Shown here piece by piece: positions 47,629 through 60,500 of a stretch of 64,000 nt of DNA. Location: the NCBI GenBank assembly GCA_001600815.1, contig BCKZ01000010.1, positions 141,527 through 205,526 of the forward strand, read 5' to 3'. The first letter of the stretch is position 1; each line of letters opens with the position of its first letter. The notes under the pieces are model-generated. The model did not search any database. It was not told the origin of the DNA and saw only the letters and a program-made list of their open reading frames with translations. The translations under genes and the position numbers were made by a program. This DNA is from Alloascoidea hylecoeti (lineage: Eukaryota).

Positions 47629-49425
47629 CTAGCTATACAAAAACGCCGCATTTTGATAAAAAGAAAGCATCGGGTTTTCTCCTCGTTTAGTAGACGTATC
47701 ATCCAGATCAGCCCATTGTTCAAGGAAATCTCTATGTGATGATTTGTTTACTAGTTTTCCACACACCTGCTTATATAGATCTGAAGCAACATCGAAGTCT
47801 GTAGGAAAGATAATGTCAAAAAACCCTTGTAAGCACATGTAAGTAGATGTCGTTACCATTCTACCATCTAAAACTGTTTGTACTACAGGGGCCTGATATC
47901 CTGGTATAGAATCTGGAAGAGTTGTAAAATCTGACATTAGTAAACGGTGTTCTGGAAATTTGTTTTTCAAAATGTATAAAAATTCAAGATATCTTGTTGG
48001 TAAGTATTCCGGATCTGATAAGCGTCCTCTAAAAGGCCAAAATTTGTTCTTCGCATTTCTAAACCATTCAGGTTGTTGCAGTGGATGCTCGCCTTTCCAT
48101 AAAAGCTTACTTGGAGTCTTGGGAATTTTAGAAAATTCACCTCTTTCTCTGAGGTAAAGAAATCTTTTTGACCAATCGTTCAAATCAGGTGTGTAATATT
48201 CGCTATATTCTCCATGTGAGTCAATTCCAACATAACCTTGGTATGGTCGTCCGGTAATATTATCATATCGAATAACATCATGAGCAAAATTATCTAAGAC
48301 CTCCAATGCAATGAAAAAACACGGATCTCTAACAACCGGCTTCCAATCAAAAATACTGGCGTTGATAATTTCTACTTTATCTTTATGTCCCGATGATTCA
48401 GCTTTTAATAATAAGGCATTGGCCTCCTGCTTTTCTGCCAATTTTTTCGAAATTTCAATGATTCTATATTGTGTTCTACTGTAAACATCTGGTTGATTTT
48501 TTGCTATGAAATCGAGAATATTAAGCATTAAAGTACCATTGCCACCACCCATTTCATATATAATTAAATCCTTATAAGGGTATAGTGTCAATTTATAATT
48601 AACAATCAAATAACGGGCTAAAGCTTCGCCATAATAGGGTTGAAAGAGTTCAGTAGGTGTATGCCAAAGTTGTAAGGTTGTACTTTTAGGGAGTTTGGTA
48701 TAATCTTTATATTGATTCTGCTTCTTTGATGAATCTTTAGAATCAGCCTTTCGTTTGCTGGTTATGGTCTTCTTCGAATTTTTGCTTGTTACTGCAGATG
48801 TTGGTGTTGGTTCTTTATCATCCTTTGCATAAATATTGTATTCATTTTTCCAATGTGACATAAAATCATCAACGTCAGTAATATCTCCATAATTGAATGG
48901 TTTATTGGTGTGAAAGATCTCTACTTGCTTAGAAAAATACCCATAATCAGGGTGATAAAGTGAATCTTCAATAAAATCGCTTGTTAACATCTTTACTCTT
49001 TTGGGTCTATCTTTTTTTCTACTTAACGTTCTGGAAGTCACCAATTTAAGACTATCAAACTCTGTGTTTTTGGCTTCGCTTACTCCAGTTGGATTTTTGA
49101 CACCCAGTACTTCCAAAAAACCAGTGAAAAGATTTCCTCCAGCTAAAACTTCGTCAGCGTCATCTATTTTAGAGGGTAAAGTATAACTGTATGTTGTTGA
49201 AGTGACGGTAAAATCTGTTTCATACTCCTCTTTTTGACTTGTGGTTACGGTTGTGGGTTTTTTTTCTCGTTTCGAAGCAGCTGATTTTGATTCTCTAGTT
49301 GATCTACTTGAAGTTGATGGGTTTTGTTCTCTATTAGAAATTGATCTTAAATAGACCTTTGACTGTAAATTGACCAGGTTAGTCAATGGAATTCGACTTA
49401 ATGGGCTCACTATTTTTAAGCTCAT
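47629..49425 (-). CDS. Mitochondrial SAM-dependent methyltransferase, NDUFAF7/MidA (DUF185) family, YKL162C-like
   Basis: Motifs DFIEDSLYHPDYGYFSK, LWHTPTELFQPYYGEALARY, IYEMGGGNGTLM, FIALEVLDNFAHD and GFFDIIFPTDF. Confidence 0.85.
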   Translation of the reverse strand: MSLKIVSPLSRIPLTNLVNLQSKVYLRSISNREQNPSTSSRSTRESKSAASKREKKPTTVTTSQKEEYETDFTVTSTTYSYTLPSKIDDADEVLAGGNLFTGFLEVLGVKNPTGVSEAKNTEFDSLKLVTSRTLSRKKDRPKRVKMLTSDFIEDSLYHPDYGYFSKQVEIFHTNKPFNYGDITDVDDFMSHWKNEYNIYAKDDKEPTPTSAVTSKNSKKTITSKRKADSKDSSKKQNQYKDYTKLPKSTTLQLWHTPTELFQPYYGEALARYLIVNYKLTLYPYKDLIIYEMGGGNGTLMLNILDFIAKNQPDVYSRTQYRIIEISKKLAEKQEANALLLKAESSGHKDKVEIINASIFDWKPVVRDPCFFIALEVLDNFAHDVIRYDNITGRPYQGYVGIDSHGEYSEYYTPDLNDWSKRFLYLRERGEFSKIPKTPSKLLWKGEHPLQQPEWFRNAKNKFWPFRGRLSDPEYLPTRYLEFLYILKNKFPEHRLLMSDFTTLPDSIPGYQAPVVQTVLDGRMVTTSTYMCLQGFFDIIFPTDFDVASDLYKQVCGKLVNKSSHRDFLEQWADLDDTSTKRGENPMLSFYQNAAFLYS

Positions 49426-49756
49426 ATCATTAACATTATCTCCGTTAAGAAAAACAGATCGTTAAAGTGTTGTTGATACTACTGAGGTCTCTCTCTCCCT
49501 ACATTTATTTTCACTTATTGGTGCTCACAACGTTTGTGGCATAGTCTAATGTATCTCTCTTAATAGCGGAATATATGCACATGTGCAACTAACTTTAAAT
49601 AACAATAATATTTTTAAAACATTGCATAGATATAGTTCTGACATCTTCTTTGGGTTTTAATCGGTTACTTTCACAAAAATCGTTTGTTATACTCCGTATG
49701 TATCTTCTGAACTTCGTATACTTACGGAAGATAATTAGATATAGTTACACACTAGA

Positions 49757-51815
49757 TTAATCAGAATCAGATGAATCTTCACTTAATTCCACCATTTTGT
49801 TGGAATTTTTATCTTTTGAAATACCACGTGTATAGCCCCAAGCTACTTTCCTTCGTTCCTTAGAATCTTTTCCTGGTGATAAATGAACATTACCTGCTGA
49901 AACAGATCCAATTGTGTACTTGCTTGGATGCACCGTTTCTGTAGTTAAAGATTCTAATCTTCTAGTTGGGTCAAATCCAATCTTTTGAAGAGTACCACCG
50001 TATGCAGCTTCTATAAGTTTTATTTCTTTCTTCTTCTCATTAGCGTCTAGTCTTGCATCTTCTTTTTCATCTAAATTATAGTCTAAATTTAATCTTTCAC
50101 CTCCTTTAATTTTAGACAACTTTTTCGCTAGTTGTTTATCTTTCTTTACAGTGTTTATTTTCATCTGTTTTTCAGAAATGTTTTGTATAACTGTCGGGTT
50201 TGAATATTGATCATCAAAAAAAGCCTTTCCAGCATGGTTACTGCTGAAATAAAGCATTGAACCATTGTTCATACGATCAGCTTTTGGCTTATGCGGATCC
50301 TCCTTTAGACCGTATTTTCCATCGTAATTGTTAGTCTTTCCCCCACGAGACGGCATATACATATGTTGTTTGACACCATTTTTGGTGGGTGATTTCAGGC
50401 CAATACTTGTGTTTAATTCAAGCCTATTACTGGCGGTCTTTCTGAAACTTTGTTCAGCATGATAATCACAATAAGATTGTCTTTTGTTATTAATCCAATC
50501 ATTACAAGAATGTCCATTTTTTGTTGTAGCAGGACAAAATCCCAAATCTCGGGCTTTTCCAATTTCAATTATAGCATCATATGATTCTGTTAGTACTATA
50601 TTGAAAGATTTAGCAGTTTTATCGTCTGTTCTCCATGGCCATATTTCTGGATTTAAAATCCCAATTAAATCACCAACTCGTAACTTCCAGTATTTTTCAA
50701 ATGCATTTCCGAATAACATAAAATCAATACTAATAGATAAATCAGTTAAAGTTATTTTCATAAATTTACCCTTTTTATTAGATGTTTCCCTTGGCTCGGA
50801 TTTTTGGGCTATTATACCAAGAACAGTAAAATTAGCATATTGAGGTTGCTCAAATTTTGGTGGCCTTACTTTTGCAAAAAGTTTTTCAATATTCAAAATC
50901 TTCATATCTTTTAAGGCTTCATCAATCTTTTCTGTGGGCAAATAAAGGGATTTGAGATATAGTTTTGAATATTTTTCTTGTGTTTCCTTTTCTATCGTCT
51001 TCAAGTCTTCTTTTGAATTGAAATTGTCTATTCCGAATGCATAAACCCTAGAATTTTTAATGCTAATTTTTTCTTCTATTTGTGCCTTATTTTGTTTCCT
51101 AGTATTTACTAATTTTTCTGCCAATGATAATGTTTTGTGATTGGTCGTCTCAGTTGATGAGAGCTTGGATTTGATGTTCTTCAGTGATGAATTCTTTGAG
51201 TTTGTAAACGGAGAGTGCTTTTGGGGACTTGGTCTCCTTGGCCATTTCAGAGAAACATCTTCAGCCTTTAAACCCTTATCAATGCCTAACAATATTCTAG
51301 TGGGTGTTTTATTTGGCGATTTTATTGGGGAACGAGTGTTTGGTTTAGGTGGAGTACTTGGAACTTGTGTTGTAAATTTTATGGGAGAAAGTTTTTGTTT
51401 TTTTGGGGTATTACTTATCTCTTTTATATCTTCTGGGGTTTGTTTTGCTCTCTTCAGAGGAGAGACAATTGTTGTTGAAGTCGTTGTTAATACATTCGTG
51501 TCATGCATTCGTTCATCGGGGAATGATGGTGATTTTCGGCTATAAGGCTAAAACAGTTAGAATTAAGATTCATTTATCATAGAAAGTCTTCATTTCATAC
51601 GCTTTCTGCTTTTCTTCAATTGCTTTAAACCGCTTTTCTCGTTTGATATTTTGATATTCTTGTTGTAACTCTCTGATCTGTCTTAGAATTTTGGCCTCTA
51701 TTAAACAAAAATTGTTAGATTAAGTGTAAAGATTCTAAATTTATAAAATTCAAAAGTAAATCTAAAAACATATATTACCATCATCAATATTGTCACTTTC
51801 AGAAGTATCCGACAT
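49757..51815 (-). CDS. MCM10: DNA replication factor Mcm10, 3 exons, 638 aa
   Basis: Exons 51815-51779, 51697-51601 and 51539-49757; intron donors GTAATA and GTATGA. OB-fold KLFAKVRPPKF..FMKITLTDL..YWKLRVGD.IGILNPEI, then EIGKARDLGFC and a CCCH zinc finger ending YCDYH. Confidence 0.88.
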
Positions 51816-51845
51816 GGAAAATGTATGTATTAATCAAATAAAACT

Positions 51846-51863
51846 ACGCGTACGCGTACGCGT
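51846..51863. promoter_or_regulatory. Three tandem MCB elements (ACGCGT)3 upstream of MCM10
   Basis: ACGCGTACGCGTACGCGT lies 30 bp upstream of the predicted MCM10 ATG. Confidence 0.75.
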
Positions 51864-52058
51864 TGACAATCCTTTAAAAGTAGGGTAACAACTAGTTAAC
51901 TATTTTTTAACACCAGAATCATTCTAGTATTTTTATAATTAATTAAAACTACCCCAAAACAATGGAGAGAAAATATGTTCATGAGGAAGATTAAGATGCG
52001 GTTAATGTGCAATTTCAAGGTCTATCAAACCTGAAATCCAAATTTTGGAAAAAAATGA

Positions 52059-52129
52059 TGCGTCAGCCCGGAGTCGAACCGGGGGCTCTTCGATGGCAAC
52101 GAAGAATTTTACCGCTAAACCACTAACGC
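52059..52129 (-). tRNA. tRNA-Gly(GCC), 71 nt, no intron
   Basis: GCGTTAGTGGTTTAGCGGTAAAATTCTTCGTTGCCATCGAAGAGCCCCCGGTTCGACTCCGGGCTGACGCA: acceptor stem, CTTCG/CGAAG anticodon stem with GCC, T-loop GTTCGAC, followed by an oligo-T Pol III terminator. Confidence 0.97.
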
Positions 52130-53259
52130 TGGAATGCTGTCAGTGGGGGGACCAAATTGAACTCGAAATTCTAGATATAGAGAAAGATTCTCATTTGGTA
52201 CATAATGATTGAGTCTCATCGGGGCTACTTCATAGATTTGTTACAGCCATGAAAAGAGCCCAATCTACTAGAAATCTTGAATGTGCCATCTCCTGGATCC
52301 AGAGTTAATTCAGGTGTGAGAAGGTTCCCAAGATTGTACCTATTCTTAATCGTGGAAATGACGAATGATGTGAAGAACATTCCTCCATCTTTATGACGTA
52401 TTCCATCTTTTGGCTGACACCAAAGAATTCTAAAAGCTATAAAAAAAACTACCAGATTCTCCCGTGTCTCACCAAAGTTGAGTACCTTTTACATGGCTAT
52501 AGACAACAGATCCATAGATTTGTTAAATTTTAAAATATATTTTAGTGTTTGTGTTTCTTGTGGGCGGTTATTACGAAACGTACTATGCTACCAAACGTAA
52601 CGGGTATGATACCGGAATCCTAACAACTTACCCTATACCTACTGATAATAATATAAAGTGGCTTCATCTCTACCTGATACGAAGGAATGCAGGTTCCCGC
52701 ATTATCATCAGAAAACGGGTGTAATAGCTCCGAAGATCAGAATCCTTACTGTCAATCTAACAAAATTTGCGGGGGACGAGGTAAATTGACAAAGGGAATG
52801 ATAAATGTACTATGGGACGAGCTTATATAGGCGAGTTAGTTCCTAACAATACGCGAGAAACTCATAGGACATAGTAATGATATACCGAGAAGAGTAAGGA
52901 AATCAAAGAATAACAAGAAGCAAGTATGTTTATAATTGAATTCGAACTATCTTAGTATCTTAGTATGGCTCATGCCGTGTCGTCGAAAAATAGAGAGAAA
53001 GATTGTACGCATATGAAGAGTATTGCAAAAACTCGGTGCATGTTCATTAATAAACAATGTTCAACATAAGTAAGCAATACACGTAGTCCAAAAGTTCGGA
53101 TATTTAGGTGTTAATGAGTTAGGGGTTCTTTCATAAAGAACACAACCAAAGATATGGTAAATATTAATATATAAATAAACATTTTAAATGTAATCAGAAT
53201 CTATATAAACCACTGAAACGTACTCTCTGTAAATATAATTCCATCCCAATTACCATAAA

Positions 53260-53964
53260 ATGACTGCAGTCGTTCCTAACACCAAAAAAATACTATGTCT
53301 CCATGGATTTCTCCTTAACGGTAAAGTCTTTTCAGATATATCTTCTCCTCTAAGAAACAAGTTAGCAGAGGCTGGGTTTCAACTTGAGTATATAGACTCG
53401 CCAATGAGACTCAGATATAAGGATATAAGATACAAAATAACTATTCCTGAAGGATCCAATCCCGATACATTATTACCAGAAACACGTCGCGGCTGGTACC
53501 AAGTGGTAAAGGAAGTAGCTGGTGATGAATGGTATAACCTTGACAAACCATTACAATTTATAAGAGATTATATTAGAGAGCATGGTCCTTATGATGGACT
53601 CTTTGGATTTTCACAAGGATCCGGTGTTATATCGGCTTTACTTGGTGGTGATAGTGCTGAACAACTTAGAGAGATGAATCACGGGCAGGATCTCAAATTT
53701 GTAATTGTTGTTTCGTCTTTTATGGCTGAAGACGCCCATAATAATCATGCCAGATTCTACCATGATCATAATGATATTAATATACCTATATGTCATGTTT
53801 ATGGTCTTGTTGATACAATATTACCAAAGGAGAGGTCAATTAAGATGTTGGATTTTTGTAATCCTGAGAAAACCACAGTCGTTGAACATGAAGGAGGTCA
53901 TGAAATTCCTTCTAAACCTGTTTATGTTAATGCTATTGTTGATTTCGTTAAGAACCAATATTGA
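53260..53964 (+). CDS. FSH1/OVCA2-family serine hydrolase
   Basis: Motifs KKILCLHGF, GPYDGLFGFSQG (nucleophile elbow), HVYGLVD and HEGGHEIP. Confidence 0.9.
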   Translation: MTAVVPNTKKILCLHGFLLNGKVFSDISSPLRNKLAEAGFQLEYIDSPMRLRYKDIRYKITIPEGSNPDTLLPETRRGWYQVVKEVAGDEWYNLDKPLQFIRDYIREHGPYDGLFGFSQGSGVISALLGGDSAEQLREMNHGQDLKFVIVVSSFMAEDAHNNHARFYHDHNDINIPICHVYGLVDTILPKERSIKMLDFCNPEKTTVVEHEGGHEIPSKPVYVNAIVDFVKNQY

Positions 53965-54981
53965 GATGTCTAAATTTCTATTTATGTCATACCACAATTA
54001 CAATTACATATATACCTGATTAATACGTTCTTTAGGCTAACGCTATATATGGTAAACATTTGCTATTTTCTGCCTATTAGTACGACTTACCGGTATATGC
54101 GTAACATTAAATGGATTATCCGGCGAATTATACTGGAAATGTGTGTCAAATGTAATTTGTTTCAAGTGATGAAGTACTTTTCCATTTTTGCACCAATACT
54201 TCTGTATAATTAGTTCATCAAATTTAAAGCTTAGCCATAGAATGAAAGATGATCTACACGTCTGAGCAACTATATTTATTATAACATGATCATTATCAAT
54301 TGTATTTGAAATTCAGAGACGTGCGCGTAAATCAAATAAATTATGTATCACTTCTATTATTTTAAGTTGAAAAGGCACTCTGTTCAAGTCTGTTGTGGTC
54401 ATTAATTTGATCTAGTAGTACATATTACACCTAAACAACACTCGCAAGCGATGAAAATTCAGATTTCTCTATAATTAATAAAGTAGAACGATAATCTATT
54501 GGCTCCATAGAAGAGGGGTAGCTATAGGAATAATATCAGGTTTCCACTAATATTTGTTATTTCATCAATCGATTTCATTCTACTCTATTGTAGTGATAAT
54601 TTTTTGAGCATCTTGTAAGTTGCTTTAAATTTAATTAAAACATTTTTCTGCATGCTTAAAAAGGGGTTGATCATGATTAATAATTAGTTCGAGTAAGGTT
54701 AAATTCCCATATAACATGAATGAGTATAGTTCTAAAATGGGAATGAAAATCCGATCAAGTTAAATGGCACATCTACAATATTTATACAGTATAACTTATA
54801 GACTCATATTCATGAATTGAATTATATTAATGATATATCATGAAACAAAGATCAATAAAAAGTGAAAAATGAAAAACATCTGCAAAACATGTGAAATTCA
54901 AAGGTCTCTGAATACTATCAATTAATTAATCATTATTAATTATATAACATTATACTAGGAAGTAAGTTATGATTTCGAAAT

Positions 54982-55912
<931 letters not shown>

Positions 55913-56478
55913 AATTGAAGTGATTTTTATTAATGTTGAGAAGAAATCAAAGAAGAAGAAAAGAAAGAAGATGGATCTTTTCTAAAAGGGATAAATTTAA
56001 GTGAAAAAAACAGCAGTCCTAATTTTTTTAAATTAACCTTCTATTTTAAGATAGTGATGTGTTCTTAATAATATAAAATAATAGTTAATACAAGATGTTT
56101 AATTTCGTGAAAAGAATCAATTTTTTCGTTATCATAGATCATAATATTTGTTTTCTGAGATCAATCGGTGATCACGCCTTAAAGCCGATCCTATAAAGCA
56201 CAGAACAGATCAAGAGTCTGACAGTTGCAACATTTCCATCCGCCGGCATGTCTCCGATGATTCTCCTATGCTTCTTTTGCGATAAAATATACACAAATAC
56301 ATACATTTTCTTGTCGTTATAAATACCAGCAAGAAAATCTGATATTGTTAGAAAAGAAAGGCTATTTTTATTCTCGAAGGTTTGCATGGAAATGTTCGGA
56401 TGTTACTTAAAGCCAAACCCTTTTGAAACAAGCTTGAAAAAATAGGTAAATAAAGTAAAGTAGTATATAGAGACAGTT

Positions 56479-57564
56479 TTATTTGGCTGTGTCCGACCCA
56501 TTTCGATCTTTGGTCGTCTTTCGGAATATACCTGGACGGCCTGGACGATCTCGACGGGCAGCGCCGGCCGGAACAGCATCATTGGCACTAATATTATCTA
56601 TTTGCACAATTCCCCCATCGTCGATTTCACTCCATTCATACCCATTATAGCTGTGCTCATGACTTTCTTGCGGCTGAGCTTTTCTTTTGAATGGATCCAA
56701 AGTAATTGATTCTCTGTTCAGTTGCCGACAAAACTTCCAAAAATCACTGGAGTGATAGGAATGGACATTATGGGCCAATTCATGACACATCACACCTTTA
56801 ATATCATTATAATTCTTAAAAGAAAAGTCATTATTTCGAAGTCGAAGCAAGATTATTTCTCCTTTATTCCGATTTAATCCCAGACAATCTGAGCAGCCAT
56901 TTGCAAATGGCTCAAGTTCTGTTAAAATTGTCACTTTTAATTTATACTTGTTCATCATCATTCTTATACCACTATCATCTCTTAATCGTTGAAGAATCTC
57001 CTTTGCTTTATTGGAATCTTTAAAATTCGGCAACGCCACTATCTCACCAATTAAGTCGTTTGGAAAAGTTGTAACACAATTGCAGGTTCTATAAACCGAT
57101 AATCTCCTACATCTTGTAAAGCTTAAAGCTCTCCTTTCTGCTATTTTCATAGTTTCAATCTCTTTAATGGTACTTCCAATAAGCATTATCCTTCTTTGAT
57201 TCATGGCTGATAATATATCAAATATTCTAATATATTTACTTTTGTCATCATTATTTTTATTAAACTTAATACATCCGTACCTTGATACAAATAATCTCTG
57301 ATTTTCTGGAGGTATATCCGTTAATTCATATATTTCAGTTTGGAGTTCCCAAATTGTTAGATGTGGATCAACACCCTCAATTCGATAACTTATTCCTTTA
57401 AACCAGACTTCGATTGAATTTGAGAGATTTGGTTTGGGGGGTTCTAGATCTAGCGTATGTGCAACCGCCGATTTTTTTAGGTTTTGCAATTGAAATTCGG
57501 GATTTTGAAGTTGTGTTGCAATTGATGGTTTGATTACCTTTTGCTTGAGATTGGACATTTTCAT
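56479..57564 (-). CDS. Ubiquitin-like + WLM zinc metalloprotease (Wss1/Wss2 family)
   Basis: UBL-like LQTEIYELTDIPPENQRL..IMLIGS; WLM motifs LQRLRDDSGIR.MM, LTELEP, LGLNRNKGE.ILLRLR and MCHELAHNVH..H..DFW (HExxH). Confidence 0.85.
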   Translation of the reverse strand: MKMSNLKQKVIKPSIATQLQNPEFQLQNLKKSAVAHTLDLEPPKPNLSNSIEVWFKGISYRIEGVDPHLTIWELQTEIYELTDIPPENQRLFVSRYGCIKFNKNNDDKSKYIRIFDILSAMNQRRIMLIGSTIKEIETMKIAERRALSFTRCRRLSVYRTCNCVTTFPNDLIGEIVALPNFKDSNKAKEILQRLRDDSGIRMMMNKYKLKVTILTELEPFANGCSDCLGLNRNKGEIILLRLRNNDFSFKNYNDIKGVMCHELAHNVHSYHSSDFWKFCRQLNRESITLDPFKRKAQPQESHEHSYNGYEWSEIDDGGIVQIDNISANDAVPAGAARRDRPGRPGIFRKTTKDRNGSDTAK

Positions 57565-60500
57565 AGTTCTTATAATTTTTTATATGATTTTGATTAAATA
57601 TTAAAATTAATATTAATAGTAACGATCTCTTAATTTTGAATAAACCAGTAATCAAAGAAAAGACAAAATAGATATATAAATGTATATTTTTAGTTATACA
57701 ATAAACTGTAGCTAACAGATTAATCAAGCAAATCAGCAAAAAAGAAGAAACAGAATTCGAAATGGTTACAAACGAGAGTTTAAGATACATATATATAGAT
57801 TACAAATACTTTAAAATTTTATTCCAGAAATTGAAATTCATATTAATATTGAAATTTCATTTAATAAATGATCATGATGCAATTAATATTACAATGGTAA
57901 GCACAAAAAAAAAAAGAATCCACAGCAATTGACTCCTTAAATTCGATTCATTGTCGACATTGTATGGCCCTTATAACCATTACGCATCAATATTAATAAA
58001 GAAAATATTATATTACATTAAACAATATAAAGTAAACTCTTGAAGTCAACTTTCCGTGATCTAATTGTCAGATAATATTTCAGGCTTAACTAGAATTATG
58101 TAATTATAACATACTTTAGATCCAATTAACCAGGAACAGAAAGATCTGAAGTGGACGTAAGTATCTTCTTGACCTCACCTCCCCAGAATGAAGTTCTCAA
58201 ATATTGGTAAAGCCAAAGCTTAAAGACATAGTCAGTGATGGGCATGAGTTGTCCATTGAGCTCTTTCGTATTCACATATCAATATTAATTGTCATAAAGG
58301 ATGGTTCTCTCGTATTTTCTTGCAGTATGCATCAAACTCCATTAATGTATGCTTAAAACTTATATAATTAAAGGATGACAACTATTCTGAAAGAAAATTC
58401 TACACTCCAATATTAATAATTTGATATTTTTGATATGTTTGATTCCAAACTTCTTTTAAATTTTTTATCTTTCTCGGACTTGGAAAAAGAGGTTCAAAAC
58501 ATTAGCATTATATATTTCCAAGTTTTGAAACATCGATGTTAAATATTATATATTTTAAATTTCATCTCCTGAGATTTCATGATAATTTATTAAATAATAA
58601 TAATCTGATACCTTGCAATTGAATTTTGAAAATGAAAAAAAGAAAAATAACTGCAGTCATATTTATGTGCAAATATTGAAATTATATACAACCTTATGAT
58701 TATATGGAAATTATTGCAATTGAAAATATTTAGTGGTGATATAAATATTTATAGATATGGAGACAGAAGTTTAACGCGCCCGTATCTTTCTGTTTTTTCG
58801 GTACAGCTTGCAATTCATAGCATAACTTTAAAAGATTCTTTGATATAAAAATAGAAGTAAACTCAATTGCAACATTAATATGCCTCTGATATGCCCTAAT
58901 ACACTGATATATAATTATACACATGTACACAACAAATTTAGACTATATTGAAATTTTTATAACGTTAGCTATGATTTAGTGTGGATTACAACATGCATGA
59001 AATACCTACAATATTATACATGGCTTTAGCTTAAGGCTTCCCCATGTCCATGTCAAATTACATAAGTAATTATAAAAATCATGATCGTAATTATAATATC
59101 GTTAATCTAATATTATATATTGTGGCTATTAATATATCTTATTATAAATATTATTCTTGATCCAGATTATTGTATCTTAACATTCATAATAAACGTAAAC
59201 TTTAACGGTGAACTTTTATAATTCACCGGATGTTAGTACCATGTTACCTAATATCCCCCTTTCTCCTTTGCTTTTATTTGCAATTAAATCGAACCACAAA
59301 ACAGGCTTTACACCCGATACATCATAATATTGGGATAATTGGACCTACGCATATTTCAAGCTGGAGTTTCAACCACAAGCACTCACATAATTATTATTAT
59401 AACATCAATTATATAGGCGCAATATTAGTATTAATGTTTACCATTTTCAAGCCCAATTTAAAATTCAAACTAAGTTGTCTGGCTATTGATATAATATATG
59501 AATTTCAACTAGTTATAGCTATAGAAAAAGTATGGAAATTGCAGTCAATACGAATAAATATTAATATTAATCAATATACTTTTTCTCTCCATCTGGATCT
59601 TCTTCAGGTTCGTAAATTGAGTCTAGAATATGTAAAGCGCATGTTAAAAAACTAACAGTAGTACTAGTAGCTAGGGATATTAATATTATTAGTGAATGAG
59701 TTATACCGCTAATTGTAAACTTATATTAGTAGTATCAATTCCACTGGTAATAATCATTTGATTAAATCCATAATATTACTGTAATAACCCTGATTGTTAA
59801 ATATGTTTATGATTAATTGTAAAACTATTTATAACTAAAAAGTCCAATCTATATATCCTGTAAGTACACATGATGTGGTGGCTAATATATAGACATGTAT
59901 AAGGCTTATACATTACTGTATATTAATACTTGCTTGATGATAAATATTTAACTAGACTTCTAATTACAACATTAACTAATTATAATTCTTATGACTAATT
60001 ATAAAGTTCTATAAATATAACGCGTAAGTTATGTTTTCAATTGTCGAATATAGCCATGCGAATAAAATGGTTATAACTTATAATATTTAAGTTTACACTA
60101 AACTAGTACTTAACCATCAATTTATAAATAGTATAATTCAAATTCACATGTTCGTATCAAATCAATAAAGAACAAGCTCAATTTCGAAATGCCAATTATA
60201 TGTAAGCTTTATAAAATTGAAGTTCAGCACTGGAACTGGTAACCGCCGATATGGTCATTAGATTCATTTGCATATATGGTGCACTTCACTGAAATTGTAC
60301 AACTTTTAGGAAAATAAAAATTTAAAAAAAATATATTTACATACCCCTCGAAGATAATGTGATCACAACACCAAAATCACTTTAAATATGTATTAAAGGC
60401 TAATAAATGGCAAATGTAAATCTTGTTGTTTCAAATTAATTTTTGTACTTCTTTGTCAAATATTTTCTTCATATTTCTTAACTTTGTAGTCTTCCAGATT

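Noticed and set aside
58100..58600. Coding-like minus-strand fragments (e.g. GQLMPITDYVFKLWLYQYLRTSFWGGEV)
   Set aside because: Short, interrupted and not assignable to any family by eye.
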